From: Chrysomallon squamiferum
Taxonomy: Eukaryota; Animalia; Mollusca
Reading direction: 5' to 3'
DNA length: 64,000 nucleotides
Assembly (NCBI GenBank): GCA_012295275.1
Contig: CM022667.1
Span: forward strand, 19,468,001-19,532,000
Shown here: positions 25,494 through 39,106 of the stretch, piece by piece
Layout of the letters: each line of letters opens with the position of its first letter
Numbering within the stretch: the stretch's first letter is position 1
Made by a program: the position numbers and the translations under genes
Notes under the pieces: model-generated
Seen by the model: the letters and a program-made list of their open reading frames with translations, nothing else
Databases searched by the model: none
What the model was told of the DNA's origin: nothing

Positions 25494-28480
25494 GTGAGTT
25501 ATTACGTTACTGAAGTGAATCTGTTATCTGCAGAACAACTGGGTGGTCCATGAAACCTCGGTTAGTATCGTATCAAATCTGTGTAACATAAAACACATAC
25601 TAAAATAAGGGCACATCTGAAATAAAACGTCAATGAAACAAGCATGTAAATACAATCGAACACCATTATCACCACCACCACCACCATCACAACAACAACA
25701 AGAACAACAACAACAATAATAATAGTAATAACAGCTTGGTGTTTTGTTTTTGTTGTTGTTATTTATGGATGGCGATGAAATCTTTCGCTGCGTATTAACA
25801 CATATCACTGAAAGTAGTCAACACTTCAAATGTGATAATTTTACACATCACTTGAAATCAAATGTGGATATATGATCTGTTCATGATGACTTTTTCTTTT
25901 TCTTTTTCTTTTTTAACTTCTTCTTTTTTTAAATTTTTTTCATTTCCCAATTTTTTTTTTTTTTTTTTTTTTCAGTAATGAAAGATGGATTCTGATAAGT
26001 TGTTTTCTCTCATGAGACAGGTAAAGAATGTTAAAAACACCTGTGCGCTTCACGTGTATGTTTCACCTGTCTGTTATTACCTGCATGGTTCACCTCTCTG
26101 TTTCATCTGCCTGTTATTATATGCGTCGTCTTACACAATTAGTCCATGTGACGTCCCTATTATGTTTACGCCTGTGTGTTTGTGCTTCTTACATACTGTA
26201 TGGTATGCATGTGGTTTGTATGTACGTATATATCTTTGTATATTTGTATGTATGTATGTACGTACGTACTACGTATGTATGTTTATGTATATGTATTTAT
26301 GTATTTATGTATGAATGTATGTATGTATGTTTATATATGTATGCATATTTATGTGTATGTATGTGTTTGTATGCGTATATATATATGATTATCTATGTAT
26401 GTATGTAATTACTAGCGAGAAATATTCATTTCTAAACAAATACATACATCACTAAATAGTTATATACGTACGTGCATACATATTCAGCCTCATACAGAGA
26501 TATAATTATTGATAGATAAAACTCTCACACAAATTCAAAGATCAGTGAAGACCCACACACCATATGATACATTGGCCCACACCTTTAAGAATTTATAAAT
26601 TAAAATAAAAACTGAATAAATATGTATATTACAAATATGTTTATTTATCAAAAATATTTACAAATTATAGACACAGATACAAGTATATACATCAAAACAT
26701 GTTGAAAGAACACAAATTATACTTGTTTTATACAATTATTATGCAATGTTTATATTTGTACACAATAAGCAATATGGAATACAATGAAAAATATCACTTT
26801 GAAACCCCCAACAAAAATAATATTATCTTTATGATCATCATGATGATGATTATCTCTAATGTCATCATAATCACCAATATTATTATTATTATTATTACTA
26901 CTACTACTACTTCTACTACTACTATTATTGTTGTTGTTGTTGTTGTTTTTGTTATTATAATTATTTTACTATTACTACTACTACTATACTACTATTACTA
27001 CAACTATTATTATTATTGTTATTATTATTATTTATCTGTCGTTCTCATTTCTTTTATCCTCCTATCAGGATTTTTTCTTTCTTGCTTACAACAAATAAAA
27101 AGAAACAGACGAGAAATTTATTTAATCTCATTTTGCCTTTTACACTGATGTGTCTAGCGCGAAAAACTAAAATAATAAACAAAAAGATAAAAAAAATAAA
27201 AATATAAAATAAAATAAATTAAAATAAAATAAACTTAGAAAATAACAAAAGAAAAGGGAAATGAAATAGTAATAAATAAGAGTGTGTGAAAGAAAAAACT
27301 AAAACTAGCAGCTACCTCACAAAGACTGTTTATACTCTGTAACACACAATGGACCTGTCAATATTTACAATGACATCTTGGCAGCGGCAATCCATAAATT
27401 ATAGCAGAGACGGCATTAAAGTGACTTGAGCGGCGGATTCTGCCTGTCAGCGCTATTGACAAACACATTGTATAACACGTTAATGGCTTTCCGAGCTGCC
27501 TCTCAACATCACCATGACAAAGTGAGTGTGATGACGTCAGAGAGATTGTGTTTTATTTTATCTAACTTCTCAAGTGCTTTACGTCACAAAAATGCAGTCT
27601 GGCAAATTTAGAAAGGATGAATTCTGTGAAAAGGTGAAGGCGATCAGAAAGAAGTTATTAAAGGAAGCAGATATAGATATCTTATGACGTCATATAAGAG
27701 TAAAAAAAAAAAAAAAATAAAAATAAAATAAAAACCAAAAAGTTTGTGCTTGAGTACGATATAAAAAGAAAAGGATGACAAATAAAGAAAACAAGTGAAA
27801 TCGAGGGTGATTCAACATTTTAGAAATGTTCTGTCTAACACCTCTTCTCATTTTTGTCCTATCACTTCATCAGTAGATTTTCCTTTTATTTTGTCCAGAA
27901 GCAAGAAATAAATGTTTATAATTAAGTGATTTCCCCACCCCATCTTTATTTATTCAATAATTCAAGAAATTATTACGTGCAATTTTTATATTACATATAT
28001 TTTTATTATTATTATTAATAATTTTATTATTATTATTTTTTTCCTCTTGGTCAATTTCCAAATAATCTTGAACGTTCTAACTATTCAAACTAAACAGTTA
28101 TGTTATTAATGGAGCAGTGATATCTTCTGAATTTGAGACCAATAATTTAGCATTGCCTTTTATTTCTCCTCAGACCTTAGGTCCAGTGTACTAGAGGCAG
28201 ACATCTTTGCAAACGATAATCAATTTGATTACAACGACACAACTTAATATGATGCATGCGTTCGTGTAAACTCGTGAGATTGCCGTTCGACATTTTTCAT
28301 AAAAACGAACGTGAGAGAAATAATCGCATTAGCTCTCCCGGGAAATGGTATCAATGATTTAAATGTCGACTGCAAGATTAAATTCATTTATTTTGTGTGA
28401 CGACATAACATCACTGTGAGAGAAAACAATGTAAATATCAGTCAATGAACTTACTACAAAAATAACAATTCCTGTATTAC

Positions 28481-28802
28481 CGTATTTAATCGTGTATAAG
28501 TACCGTTTTTAATGTTGTAATTCAACACTAAATGAAAGGTTTATTGTATATCGGCCTTTTTAATAAAAATTACCTATATTAAAACACGATTGAAAAAACA
28601 CACACACACACACACGCGCGCGCGCGCCTTTGTGCATATATAAATATATTAAACATAATTGTCAATAAATATTTTGCAACATGACAGTTTCCTCAGTCAG
28701 CATCGAACGCCGACGTATACTTCATGTAGATTTTCACTAAATTAATTTTATACCAGTTTTACAATCAATACTACGCGAGCGACTTATACACGAGTAAATA
28801 CG
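28481..28802. mobile_element. MITE with 21-bp terminal inverted repeats (Tc1-mariner/pogo-like)
   Basis: CGTATTTAATCGTGTATAAGT (28481-28501) versus the reverse complement of 28782-28802, CGTATTTACTCGTGTATAAGT: 20/21 match. The left end is preceded by TAC. Confidence 0.7.
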
Positions 28803-28893
28803 ACGTTAATATCAATAATCACGTTTGGCGCCAAATGTATCTGAGCTTTTTCCACATTAGTTTCATATCACAAAAACCATTTCTATTTTTTTC

Positions 28894-28945
<52 letters not shown>

Positions 28946-29264
28946 TATAATAGTAATACAATAATAAAATAATAATAATAATAATAATAATATAATAATA
29001 ATAATATTATAATAATAATAACAACAATATAATAGTAATACAATAATAATAATAATAAATAATAATAATAATAATAATAAAACAATACCAACAACAACAG
29101 CAACAACAACAACAATTAAATTATACTTATACAAACTTTTGTAAGTGAACTTAAAATACTACATGCATTTTAAGTTAGTGGGGAAAAAAACGCAGCAATG
29201 GCTTAATTTTTGAATTAAGTAATCCGGACTTATTGTCGTAACTGACAATAAGTCTTAGTTCTTG

Positions 29265-29335
<71 letters not shown>

Positions 29336-29545
29336 TTTTATTTATTGCTGTTGATGATATTGCCGTAATTCTCTCTACTAACAAAGATTTAGGTAAAATG
29401 ATAAAACTTCTTGATTAGAAAGAAAGGAACAACAACCGAAAAGAAAACCAGCTATCTACGTATTACAATTCACGACAGGGGAAAGGAGACCTGAGGGAGG
29501 AATGGGCAAAGATCGATTTTGGTTGTTTTTTTATTACTTATCAGA

Positions 29546-29603
29546 CAGGGCCGGGAAGTGTGCGCAGTCCACACAGTCTGATGAGGTCCGTCCGCAGAAG
29601 CGA

Positions 29604-29634
<31 letters not shown>

Positions 29635-29844
29635 GAAAGAAAGAAAATAGTCAGAAATATGCTGTAACGTAACCAATATCGATAATTTTTTCCGCGGATC
29701 TGTTCTGATAGTCAAACAAACTTTATTATCTTCCTTGTTGTAGGGTGGAGTGCATGCCACCTGACCCCTCCCCCCGAAGAAACTCCGGCCCTCTGAGCCG
29801 TTGATTAACCACACCCACCAAATACATTTCTGCGCACGGGCCTG
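29546..29844. mobile_element. Degenerate GC-ended non-autonomous DNA element
   Basis: AGGGCCGG (29547-29554) and CCGGCCCT (29785-29792) form an inverted pair, as do GTGCGCAG and CTGCGCACGGGCCTG. Internal poly-A and poly-C tracts. Confidence 0.35.
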
Positions 29845-30242
29845 CACATATGTTTTACAGTAAAATGTATAACTTCTATTTACATAATTTACACAGAAGT
29901 GAAAGAATCTAAACAGTTTTGTTGAAAAGAATGAAGTATTATATAACAAAAATAACAACATCCGAAATATATGACGTCATACATTTTATGTGAAACCATA
30001 GAGATGTTTTGTGACATAATACGTTTCGTGCGATCTTTTTCGTATTACGTTACCAAATGCGTATTATGTTATTCTGTAATCTATACAAGTTTATGTTACG
30101 CTCTACGTTATTCGACATTATCCAAATTATATGACACTAAATGCCCTATATACAGTATACATATAGCTATATAATTACAATATCTAAATATTTTATTACA
30201 GAAAATGAATCTACCTCTTTGGTTTATAATACTTCCATATGA

Positions 30243-30285
<43 letters not shown>

Positions 30286-30375
30286 AAATTTAAAATTTAC
30301 TACAACATACTGTGCCATTATTTGTGGGCTTTTTCATCACATGAAAATAAAAGAGTGTTACATGGATACACATCC

Positions 30376-30438
<63 letters not shown>

Positions 30439-31045
30439 GAGATATACATAATAAAATAATAATAATAATAATAATAAATGAAAAGAAGAAATATTTTGTT
30501 GATACCCAGTCATTCTCTTGCCCATTCTAAATCAGACAACAGTTTTCTTATGATGTGACTATTATTACGTAGATTATTATGACGTCATTCTTTAATCTTT
30601 TCCTTTCTTACCTTCTTTCTTTTTCTTTTATCTTTTCATTTCCTTTTTTAATTATTTGTTTTATTATTATTATTATTTTATATAAACAGAACAGCAAAGA
30701 AAGACTTACTCGTGTATATTTTATTTATATTTTTCCTTATGATCTTCCAGCGATCACTAATTACATTCACAGTCAAATTAACCTTCTTGTATTCAGTGCC
30801 TGTGACGTGGCATGCTTCTTCTATTCCATGTGACGTCACAAATTAGATTCAGTCACATGACACACATTTAAATATGTAACGTGCCACTCTCAACACTTCA
30901 GAATGACGTCATAAAGAAGTATCACGTGCAAGTGACATGACAAGAACAATAATTATGTTTACGTAATGTCACTTTTGTTGCTACTGTTGTTGATGTTGTT
31001 GTTGCTGTTGTTCCTATTATTACCATCATTACTATTAATGTAACT

Positions 31046-31311
31046 TTATAAAGTATACAGATTGTCACACGACACGGACTTTCTGCTGGATTTGCGGAAG
31101 AATATGCTAAATAGTCCCATCACGCCCTTCTTCTTGCGTTTGTGCTTCTCCGCCTTTTTATTGTCCTTTGGCGACTGTGGAACGATGTTGATGTTAAGTT
31201 TGAGTCGGATCTGACTGAGACAGCCCACAAGCAGCTCGTCGACGTGGTGGTTCAGTGCTGCCGACGTCTCGATGTACTTGCAGTCGTACGTCGTGGCACA
31301 CGTCCTGGCGT
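31046..31311 (-). CDS. RGK-family (Rad/Rem/Gem/Kir) small GTPase, coding exon 4 (last)
   Basis: G5 motif CKYIETSAALNHHVDEL, a polybasic tail and the RGK-type C-terminus SVSCDNLYTL*. Acceptor ttgtcag ends at 31312. Confidence 0.92.
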
Positions 31312-31330
31312 CTGACAATTAGACAGAACA

Positions 31331-31369
<39 letters not shown>

Positions 31370-31497
31370 GAAATTGTTTTTTTACAAAACTCAAAACTCT
31401 TTTAGTAAGGATGAAAAAGAAATTAAAATCAACGCTGAAAGAAAAAGAAATATAATTATATAATGAAAGCAAAGTTGAGAGAGAAAAAAAGAAATAT

Positions 31498-31535
<38 letters not shown>

Positions 31536-32492
31536 CACAGATATTCATCGAATCGAAACGATTATAAATTAAGTCATTTCCTTCTCAAGGAGATCAAACC
31601 GGACGCGTTTTGTTTGTAACTCGATTGACATAACGGCCCAATCCGATTAAGGAAATGAATAGTGACGTCACAGATTCCGATAATTTCTTTGATATCATTC
31701 TGTCGGTGGTAACGTATTTAGGTGTGCTAATCAACCAAAAAGACCCGCAGTAGAAATAAACACAACAAAATGAATAGAAACGTATCGGGAAAAAAAAAAA
31801 AAAAAAAAAAGCTTATTAATTCTGCTGTTTTCGTGGGTTATTTTGTATTTATTTATTTATTTATTTACTTATTTTTTATTTTGTTGTTGTTGATGCATTT
31901 CATGATGATCGTTGTAGTCGTCGTCGTCTTCTTCTCCTCTCTGTGAAAAACATGCATATAAACACAGACACAAAAGTTATTATTACGAACATTTCGTCGT
32001 TTCTTTGATGCGTTACGTTGTAGCATTTGTTATATAAAATTCGTATGCATCTGAAGTGTTGGAATACATTTTTAGCAGATTTCGTGACAAATAAAAATCA
32101 TATCACACACAGTAGGGCAATTCTCTTAGTCAGAACGTTTTGACCAAATCAAAGAAAAAAAAAAAAAAAAAGCAATTCTGTGATAACCGTCAGTCAGAGC
32201 AGATTAATGATGACAGTTTATCTACTCTAATAATCTGACTCTTTAATTTCCTCATCTTCAGAACATCGATCTTTTTTTTTTTTTTTTTTTTTTTTTTCTT
32301 CAAATCTCTCATTAGTTTATTTTAACTGAAGTATCCTGCCAAGAACTCGCAAAACTTGTTTGTAATTAATGAGTAGCTGTTGTGAAAAAGAACTTCTGTG
32401 ACGTCATTAACTGACACAGCGGAAAAGGAAGCACATTAGTCTCGATTATGAGAGAGTAAATGAAAGAGCTTAGATACGTAATATAGAACGAG

Positions 32493-32535
<43 letters not shown>

Positions 32536-32792
32536 TTTTAAGACAGTAACGAATATACGCACATAATTTTTAACTCAGTTACATTTCTGATTTCGATACA
32601 CAGTTTCTACTTATAATTAACTATTCTATTTTCTGTGAAATTAACTTCTAAAATTTGTAATTGGGCTCAGCACCACGTTATAATGAGTTTCATTTGAAAC
32701 CATCAGTAAGTGAAGAAAAACACCCACATATACGCACAAGTGCGCGCGCATTCGAACACACATGTAAGTAAGAACATATTTCTAATACAAAC

Positions 32793-32865
<73 letters not shown>

Positions 32866-33406
32866 CATACATTCATATACATACACATACATACATACAC
32901 CGACACACAATTAAAATCATATTGCCAACAAAACAAAAAAAAAGAAGGGAAGGGAGCACATAACACTGAGTACAGAACAGTGGATTATTTTTGTCTCACG
33001 GTAACGATTTCATCAGATTTTTATTACGGTTAAGAAAGTATGAATTCAAAGTCGACATTGTCAATTAAAATAACAGATGGCGACTCTCGGCGTATTTATA
33101 ACTTTATAGATATTCCACAGCCTTGCTTTAATCCTGTAAGCGTGGTCTTGTTTACTAAGTGTGTTAACATATGTCAGATATATCCCGTGTAATTACTACA
33201 CTTCGATATTTTCATACCAGAATCTTTTCTCAAGTATATAAATAAACTAGACGAAGTTCAACATCTGTTAAATTAATTAGAATAAAAATATTGTATAGAG
33301 ATTTGGGTTGTGGAGCGCTCTCTCTCTCTCTCTGAATGTTTATCGATCTATCTCTCTATCAATTTATTTCTCTCTCTCTGTTTGTTTATCGATCTATCTC
33401 TATCGA

Positions 33407-33541
<135 letters not shown>

Positions 33542-34398
33542 ATCGATCTATTTCTCAATCGATTTCTCTCTCTCTCGGACTGTTTATTTATTGATCTATC
33601 TCTCTATCGATTTCTCTCTTTATATATCTACCTATTTATCATCTAGCTATCTATATTCTGCCCCTGTGGAACCGGAAGTGTTTCGTTATTTCAAAAACAA
33701 TATTAAACTAAACAGGACAGCTAAAAGATTATTTTATCTGAATAAAATAAATAAATAAATGGAGGTTATCTGCAAAATTTATCGCTTGTTTTTGAAACAG
33801 GTATTTTGTTGACGTTTTATGTGTAAACTAACTCAGTACTCTGTGATAAAAACACAACAAATAAAAATAAATAAAAAAAATTGCAGACGAAAAATAATGT
33901 TTGAATTATTCACTGATATATCTATAAGATGTGTGGTTTTTTGTATATGTGTGTGTATATATACTCAGAGACACAGAGACACACACATACACATTTACTC
34001 ACAAACACTTATACACGCTTGTAATTTTAATCAACCAAGTATGCACACAGATACACACATACACACGCATACGTATTAAAAGTAATTACCCTGACATTTC
34101 GTTGTTTCTGCCGGTGAAATTGTTTTGGGTATCACGTTTCGGGAACTGCTACGTTACAGACAAAAGTTTATTGATGAATGTAAGCAATATTCTTACATAT
34201 CTGGCAGGCTTATAAACCAGAGCTTCTCGCTCGTTATAAAAGCAATTTTTCATCAACAGATAAACCGTGACACTGCCTGCTTAGTTCTCGCGTGCAGCCT
34301 AAATCCGATTCCATGAGAACGTCTAGAGTAATAAGTGAAAGACTGGGCACTCGGTGAAAATGTACAGCTTACATTTTAGTAAATTTTTATTTGGTATG

Positions 34399-34429
<31 letters not shown>

Positions 34430-34876
34430 TTTGTTTATTTATTTATATATTTATTTGTTTATTTATCCATTCATCCAAGCAGCCAGTCTTTCTTTCTTCC
34501 ATCCATTAACCTACTCAACTGCTGAGCCATCAATTTCTATTCTGTATGTCGGAGTTACTGTGTGGGCGTCCATCAGCCTGTTTGTCTGTCAGTCTGGGAT
34601 TATATCTGGAGGTAATATTATTGTGATTGCCATATAAAAAAAAAAAAAAATACATTAAAAAAAATACATGAGAAATACTTTAGCAAATGCCATGTATTTT
34701 TATGATACACAGATATGCAGATACTGTTACATAAATATGCTTGGGAATGTCAGTCTGTGTTTTGTTCAGTTCTATATGCATGCCTCACATCTTGCGAACT
34801 ACAAACTGAACAAAGCACACACGCACGCAACGCATAAACACATATGCAGATTGGTACTAGTATTTCATTTATTTAC

Positions 34877-34961
<85 letters not shown>

Positions 34962-35683
34962 TTACTGTATTGCCAGATTTTCGTTGCTGAATCATTACGA
35001 CCAACGTTTTGTAATTTAACAAAAACGAACTGTTTTACAATATCTGGTTAATAACAACAGATACTAACAGCAATCATTGCGTTTCTGGTAGGGACAGTTA
35101 AAAAGAAACATACAGTTAAAAACCACATTTTTACAACATTTGAAGGACAGGACTGTTATTTTCTAATATAAACTTTTGTTCTGAATAGGTAAACTGAAAT
35201 ATGGTTAAGTATTGGCAGACCCAGGTTTTATAACGGCACGCTACGTCTAAAGGAAACAGTCGTGTTGTCGATGTGAACCTATTTTCGACATTCCGGTATC
35301 GCGCCGTAAGATCAGACAGAGCTGGAAGAATGTACTTCAGTGAGGAGTTTGCTTTAACACTGAAATAAACCAGACAGGAGAGAATCCTCTCAGTTTTTAT
35401 TTGCAAACAAAACAAATTTTTCCTTTTCAGTTCTTGGTCGTGTGCCACGTGCTAACTTAGGAATTGAACATCATCGGGAAAACTTTTGGTTTATTGCCTT
35501 TAGATTTAAATCATTATTGTACTGTGTTCGGTGTTAGATTATCAAAACAACTACAAATGATATGAAGTATATGCGTTAATCCAGCGTTATTTAAACAGAT
35601 TATTATACCTTAGCGTTAAATAATACCGTTCTAAGCATTTTCAAGATGGGGTAAGGTATAAATCTATATCTATATATCTGTCT

Positions 35684-35777
<94 letters not shown>

Positions 35778-35785
35778 TTTCTCAC

Positions 35786-35969
35786 CATCTGCTTCAACTT
35801 TTCTTTTTCGAACAAGATCAGTTTTGTTGCCCACGATGATGATGGCGCGGTCTGTGCCGTAGTCTACACGTAGATAGCGGACAATTCCTTTGGCAGCTTC
35901 AAACGACGGATGGTCAGTTAAGGAAAAGACGACGACAAAGGCGTCCACTTGTAACATTTCCACAGGAAC
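35786..35969 (-). CDS. RGK-family small GTPase, coding exon 3
   Basis: DAFVVVFSLTD..SF...AIIIVGNKTDLVRKR (G4 motif). Boundaries ttttcag and TG|GTGAGA, 184 nt, phase 0-1. Confidence 0.92.
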
Positions 35970-36747
35970 CTGAAAACACGAATATTGTCTTTAAAACGTA
36001 CACAGCTGATTGTCTTATAGTTACAGAAACAACCACATTTAATCAATTAACAGTGAGAAAAGTTAATTTCAATTTAGACTGAGAAACGGGATTAACTACT
36101 GAAGATTCAGCGTTCGGAATTTAAATATATTTATCTATCTATCTATCTATCTACCTATCTATCCACACGCGCACACATACACTCACGCACACACAGTGAG
36201 ACACACAGACACACACACACACACCGAGACACACAAATATACGCACACACACTCCACACATACTGTAATTCACTTTTTAAAATTATATTTCAGGCAGTAA
36301 GGAATCCTAATGATTCAAAATGGCCCCGAAATGAAATTTGTGATAACTGAGGCAAACAACAGGCATTATTTTTTATTTTTTATTATTAATATTATTTTTT
36401 ATTTTATTTTTTTTCTGTATGTAGGCTACCTTCTCAGAGACAAGATTGATCTACATTTAGGACTAGTAACTTTACTGGGGTTTTCTATTTTTTATTATTA
36501 TTATTTTTTATTTCTTTATAGATTTCAGATTTAAGTTCTTTAAAATTCTCTCATTAGATTATAATGCAGAAGTGGTAAAAATAAACTACAGAATCTAAGG
36601 GCATATTTTTATGTAGTTTGTTCTTTATTTGTAAGCTTATGCAGATTGTTCTTTTTCTATATGTTAATAATCTTAAATTTTAGAGAATATTCTTTGTTTT
36701 TGAGTGTATGTTTGTGTGTGTATGTGTATATATATATATTAACATAC

Positions 36748-36784
<37 letters not shown>

Positions 36785-37457
36785 TATTTACACAAAAGGA
36801 CACACACACACATAAATATATGTGTGTGTGTGTGTGCTTGCGTGCGTGTTTGTTTGAGAGTGTGTGTGTGTGTATGTATGTGTGTGTGTTATTGTTGTTG
36901 TATTATCTTTTTTATCATTCAGGTGATATTCTGGTATCAAAGTTAACATTTTCTCTGTGTTGTGTTTTTGCCAAGTGAGCCAAAGTTAATACCATGAGAA
37001 CGGGTGAAATTTACACGTTATCTACGTCATTTGGTAAAAGTGAAGGTCGTAACAGGGCAGTATATAATAACAACAGCAACAGCAGCAACAAGCAGAAGAA
37101 GAACAACAATAACAGCAATAATAATAAGAATAAGAAGAAGAAGAAGAAGATATTTGATAGAAATTGCAGATGTACTATAAAGAAAACCGGACTATTACAG
37201 TACAGCGTTTATTAAACGGAAACTTTTTTCCCCTTTTTTTTATATATATATTTTTTATTCTTTGTTGTAAGATAATCACAAATTGTACTACGGAATATTT
37301 ACATAATACAGAAATAGTTATCAGATTTACGCTCGATATAAAAAGCATAAAGAAAATTTGTTTTCTTTTCGCTTGTTGAACAAGATACAGACCGCCACCT
37401 TGTTTCAACAGCTGTATTCATTTACAGACTGCAGGAAAAACATCATTTTTACATCCC

Positions 37458-38470
37458 ACAACGTAATACAGCGCACTGTATTAATTGTAATACGATACCA
37501 TAATATACTGTATTAATTGTGTAACATGCCAACGTAATACAGAACACTGTATTCATTTATAATTCGATAACGTAATATAGCACACTGTATTAACTGTGTA
37601 ATACGACAACGTAATATGGTATAATGTATTAATTGTATAATAAGACAACGTATTACAGCACAATATTTTATTTGTATAATACGCCAACGTAATATGATAT
37701 ATTGTATTAATTGTAGAATAATCCAACGTAATACAGAACACATTATTAATTGTATAATACGACAACGTAATAAGGCACACTATATTAATTGCATAATATG
37801 ACAACGTAATATGATATATTGTATTGATTGTATAATACGACAATGTAACACAGAGCACAGTATTAATTGTGTAATTCGATAACTTAATTCTGCAGAATGT
37901 ATTAATTGTCTACTAAGCCAGCGTAATACAGAATGCTGTATTAATTGTATGATTCGATAACGTAATACAGCACACTGTCTTAATTGTATAATACGACAAC
38001 GTAATACAGAACACTGTAATAATTATATAAACTTCACTTCAACGTAATACAGAACACTGTATTAATTGTATAATACTTCAACGTAATACAGAACACTGTA
38101 TTAATTGTATAATACTTCAACGTAATACGGAACACTGTATTAATTGTATAAACTTCAACGTAATACGGAACACTGTATTAATTATATAAACTTCAACGTA
38201 ATACAGAACACTGTATTAATTGTATGGTACTTCAACGTAATACGGAACACTGTATTAATTGTATAATACTTCAACGTAATACGGAACACTGTATTAAATG
38301 TATAGTACTTCAACGTAATATGGAACACTGTATTAATTGTATAATACGACAACGTAATACACATCAACGTAATATGATATATTGTTTTAACTGCATAAGA
38401 CAAGTATGATTCAACATAGTGTTAATTATATAATGCAACATAACAAAACACATATTAATTGTATAATATA
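37458..38470. repeat. 39-bp minisatellite (about 25 copies) with an internal hairpin, in RGK intron 2
   Basis: Consensus AACGTAATACAGAACACTGTATTAATTGTATAATACTTC. Near-identical copies lie at 38040-38350, with diverged copies on the flanks. Confidence 0.9.
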
Positions 38471-39085
38471 GTATATTAATATACATCGCAAAATGCAATA
38501 TATTGTATTGTTGCACTGCATCATACACTAACAATACTAACGTACTGTCTTAACTGCAATGCATGATATGTTAACGTAATAAAGTTTTAGTATTAACTGC
38601 GAGAACTAATAGAAAAGATAACGTAGAAGAAATGAATATTTTAACCGTAATATATAATACCATAACGCAATGCAGTAAAATCGCACTGATAATAGATTTG
38701 TATCGTCAAATCTCGCGTTATTTCCAGTACCGTAGGTTCGTGAATGATACGTGAACGGATTTCACTAAACCTGCCTAATGACGTCATAAAAACAACGGGC
38801 AACGTAATACAAACGTATTGCTTTATTTGTAACATATGACGTAGTACAATAAAACTGTATTTATTTTAACTAATAATAATACAAAAATACGTATAGTTTT
38901 AATTCAGTAATAAACTTAATAATGTAATACAAATGATTGTGTTTGTTGTATTACAGAAGCAGAACTGTAAACGTAATTGATGTTTCTTTCCAGATGGTTA
39001 CATCTGCACGAGATCAAAGCGAGGCAGATTGTTCTCTTTATTGACGTAACGTTGGGGCAAAAGAAAAAGAAAATAATTGCAATGA

Positions 39086-39106
39086 AAACTGGAACACCCT
39101 GTATAA
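39086..39106 (-). mobile_element. Solitary mariner-like TIR remnant
   Basis: The reverse complement reads TATACAGGGTGTTCCAGTTT, a TA-CAGGGTG mariner-type end. No partner end was found. Confidence 0.3.
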
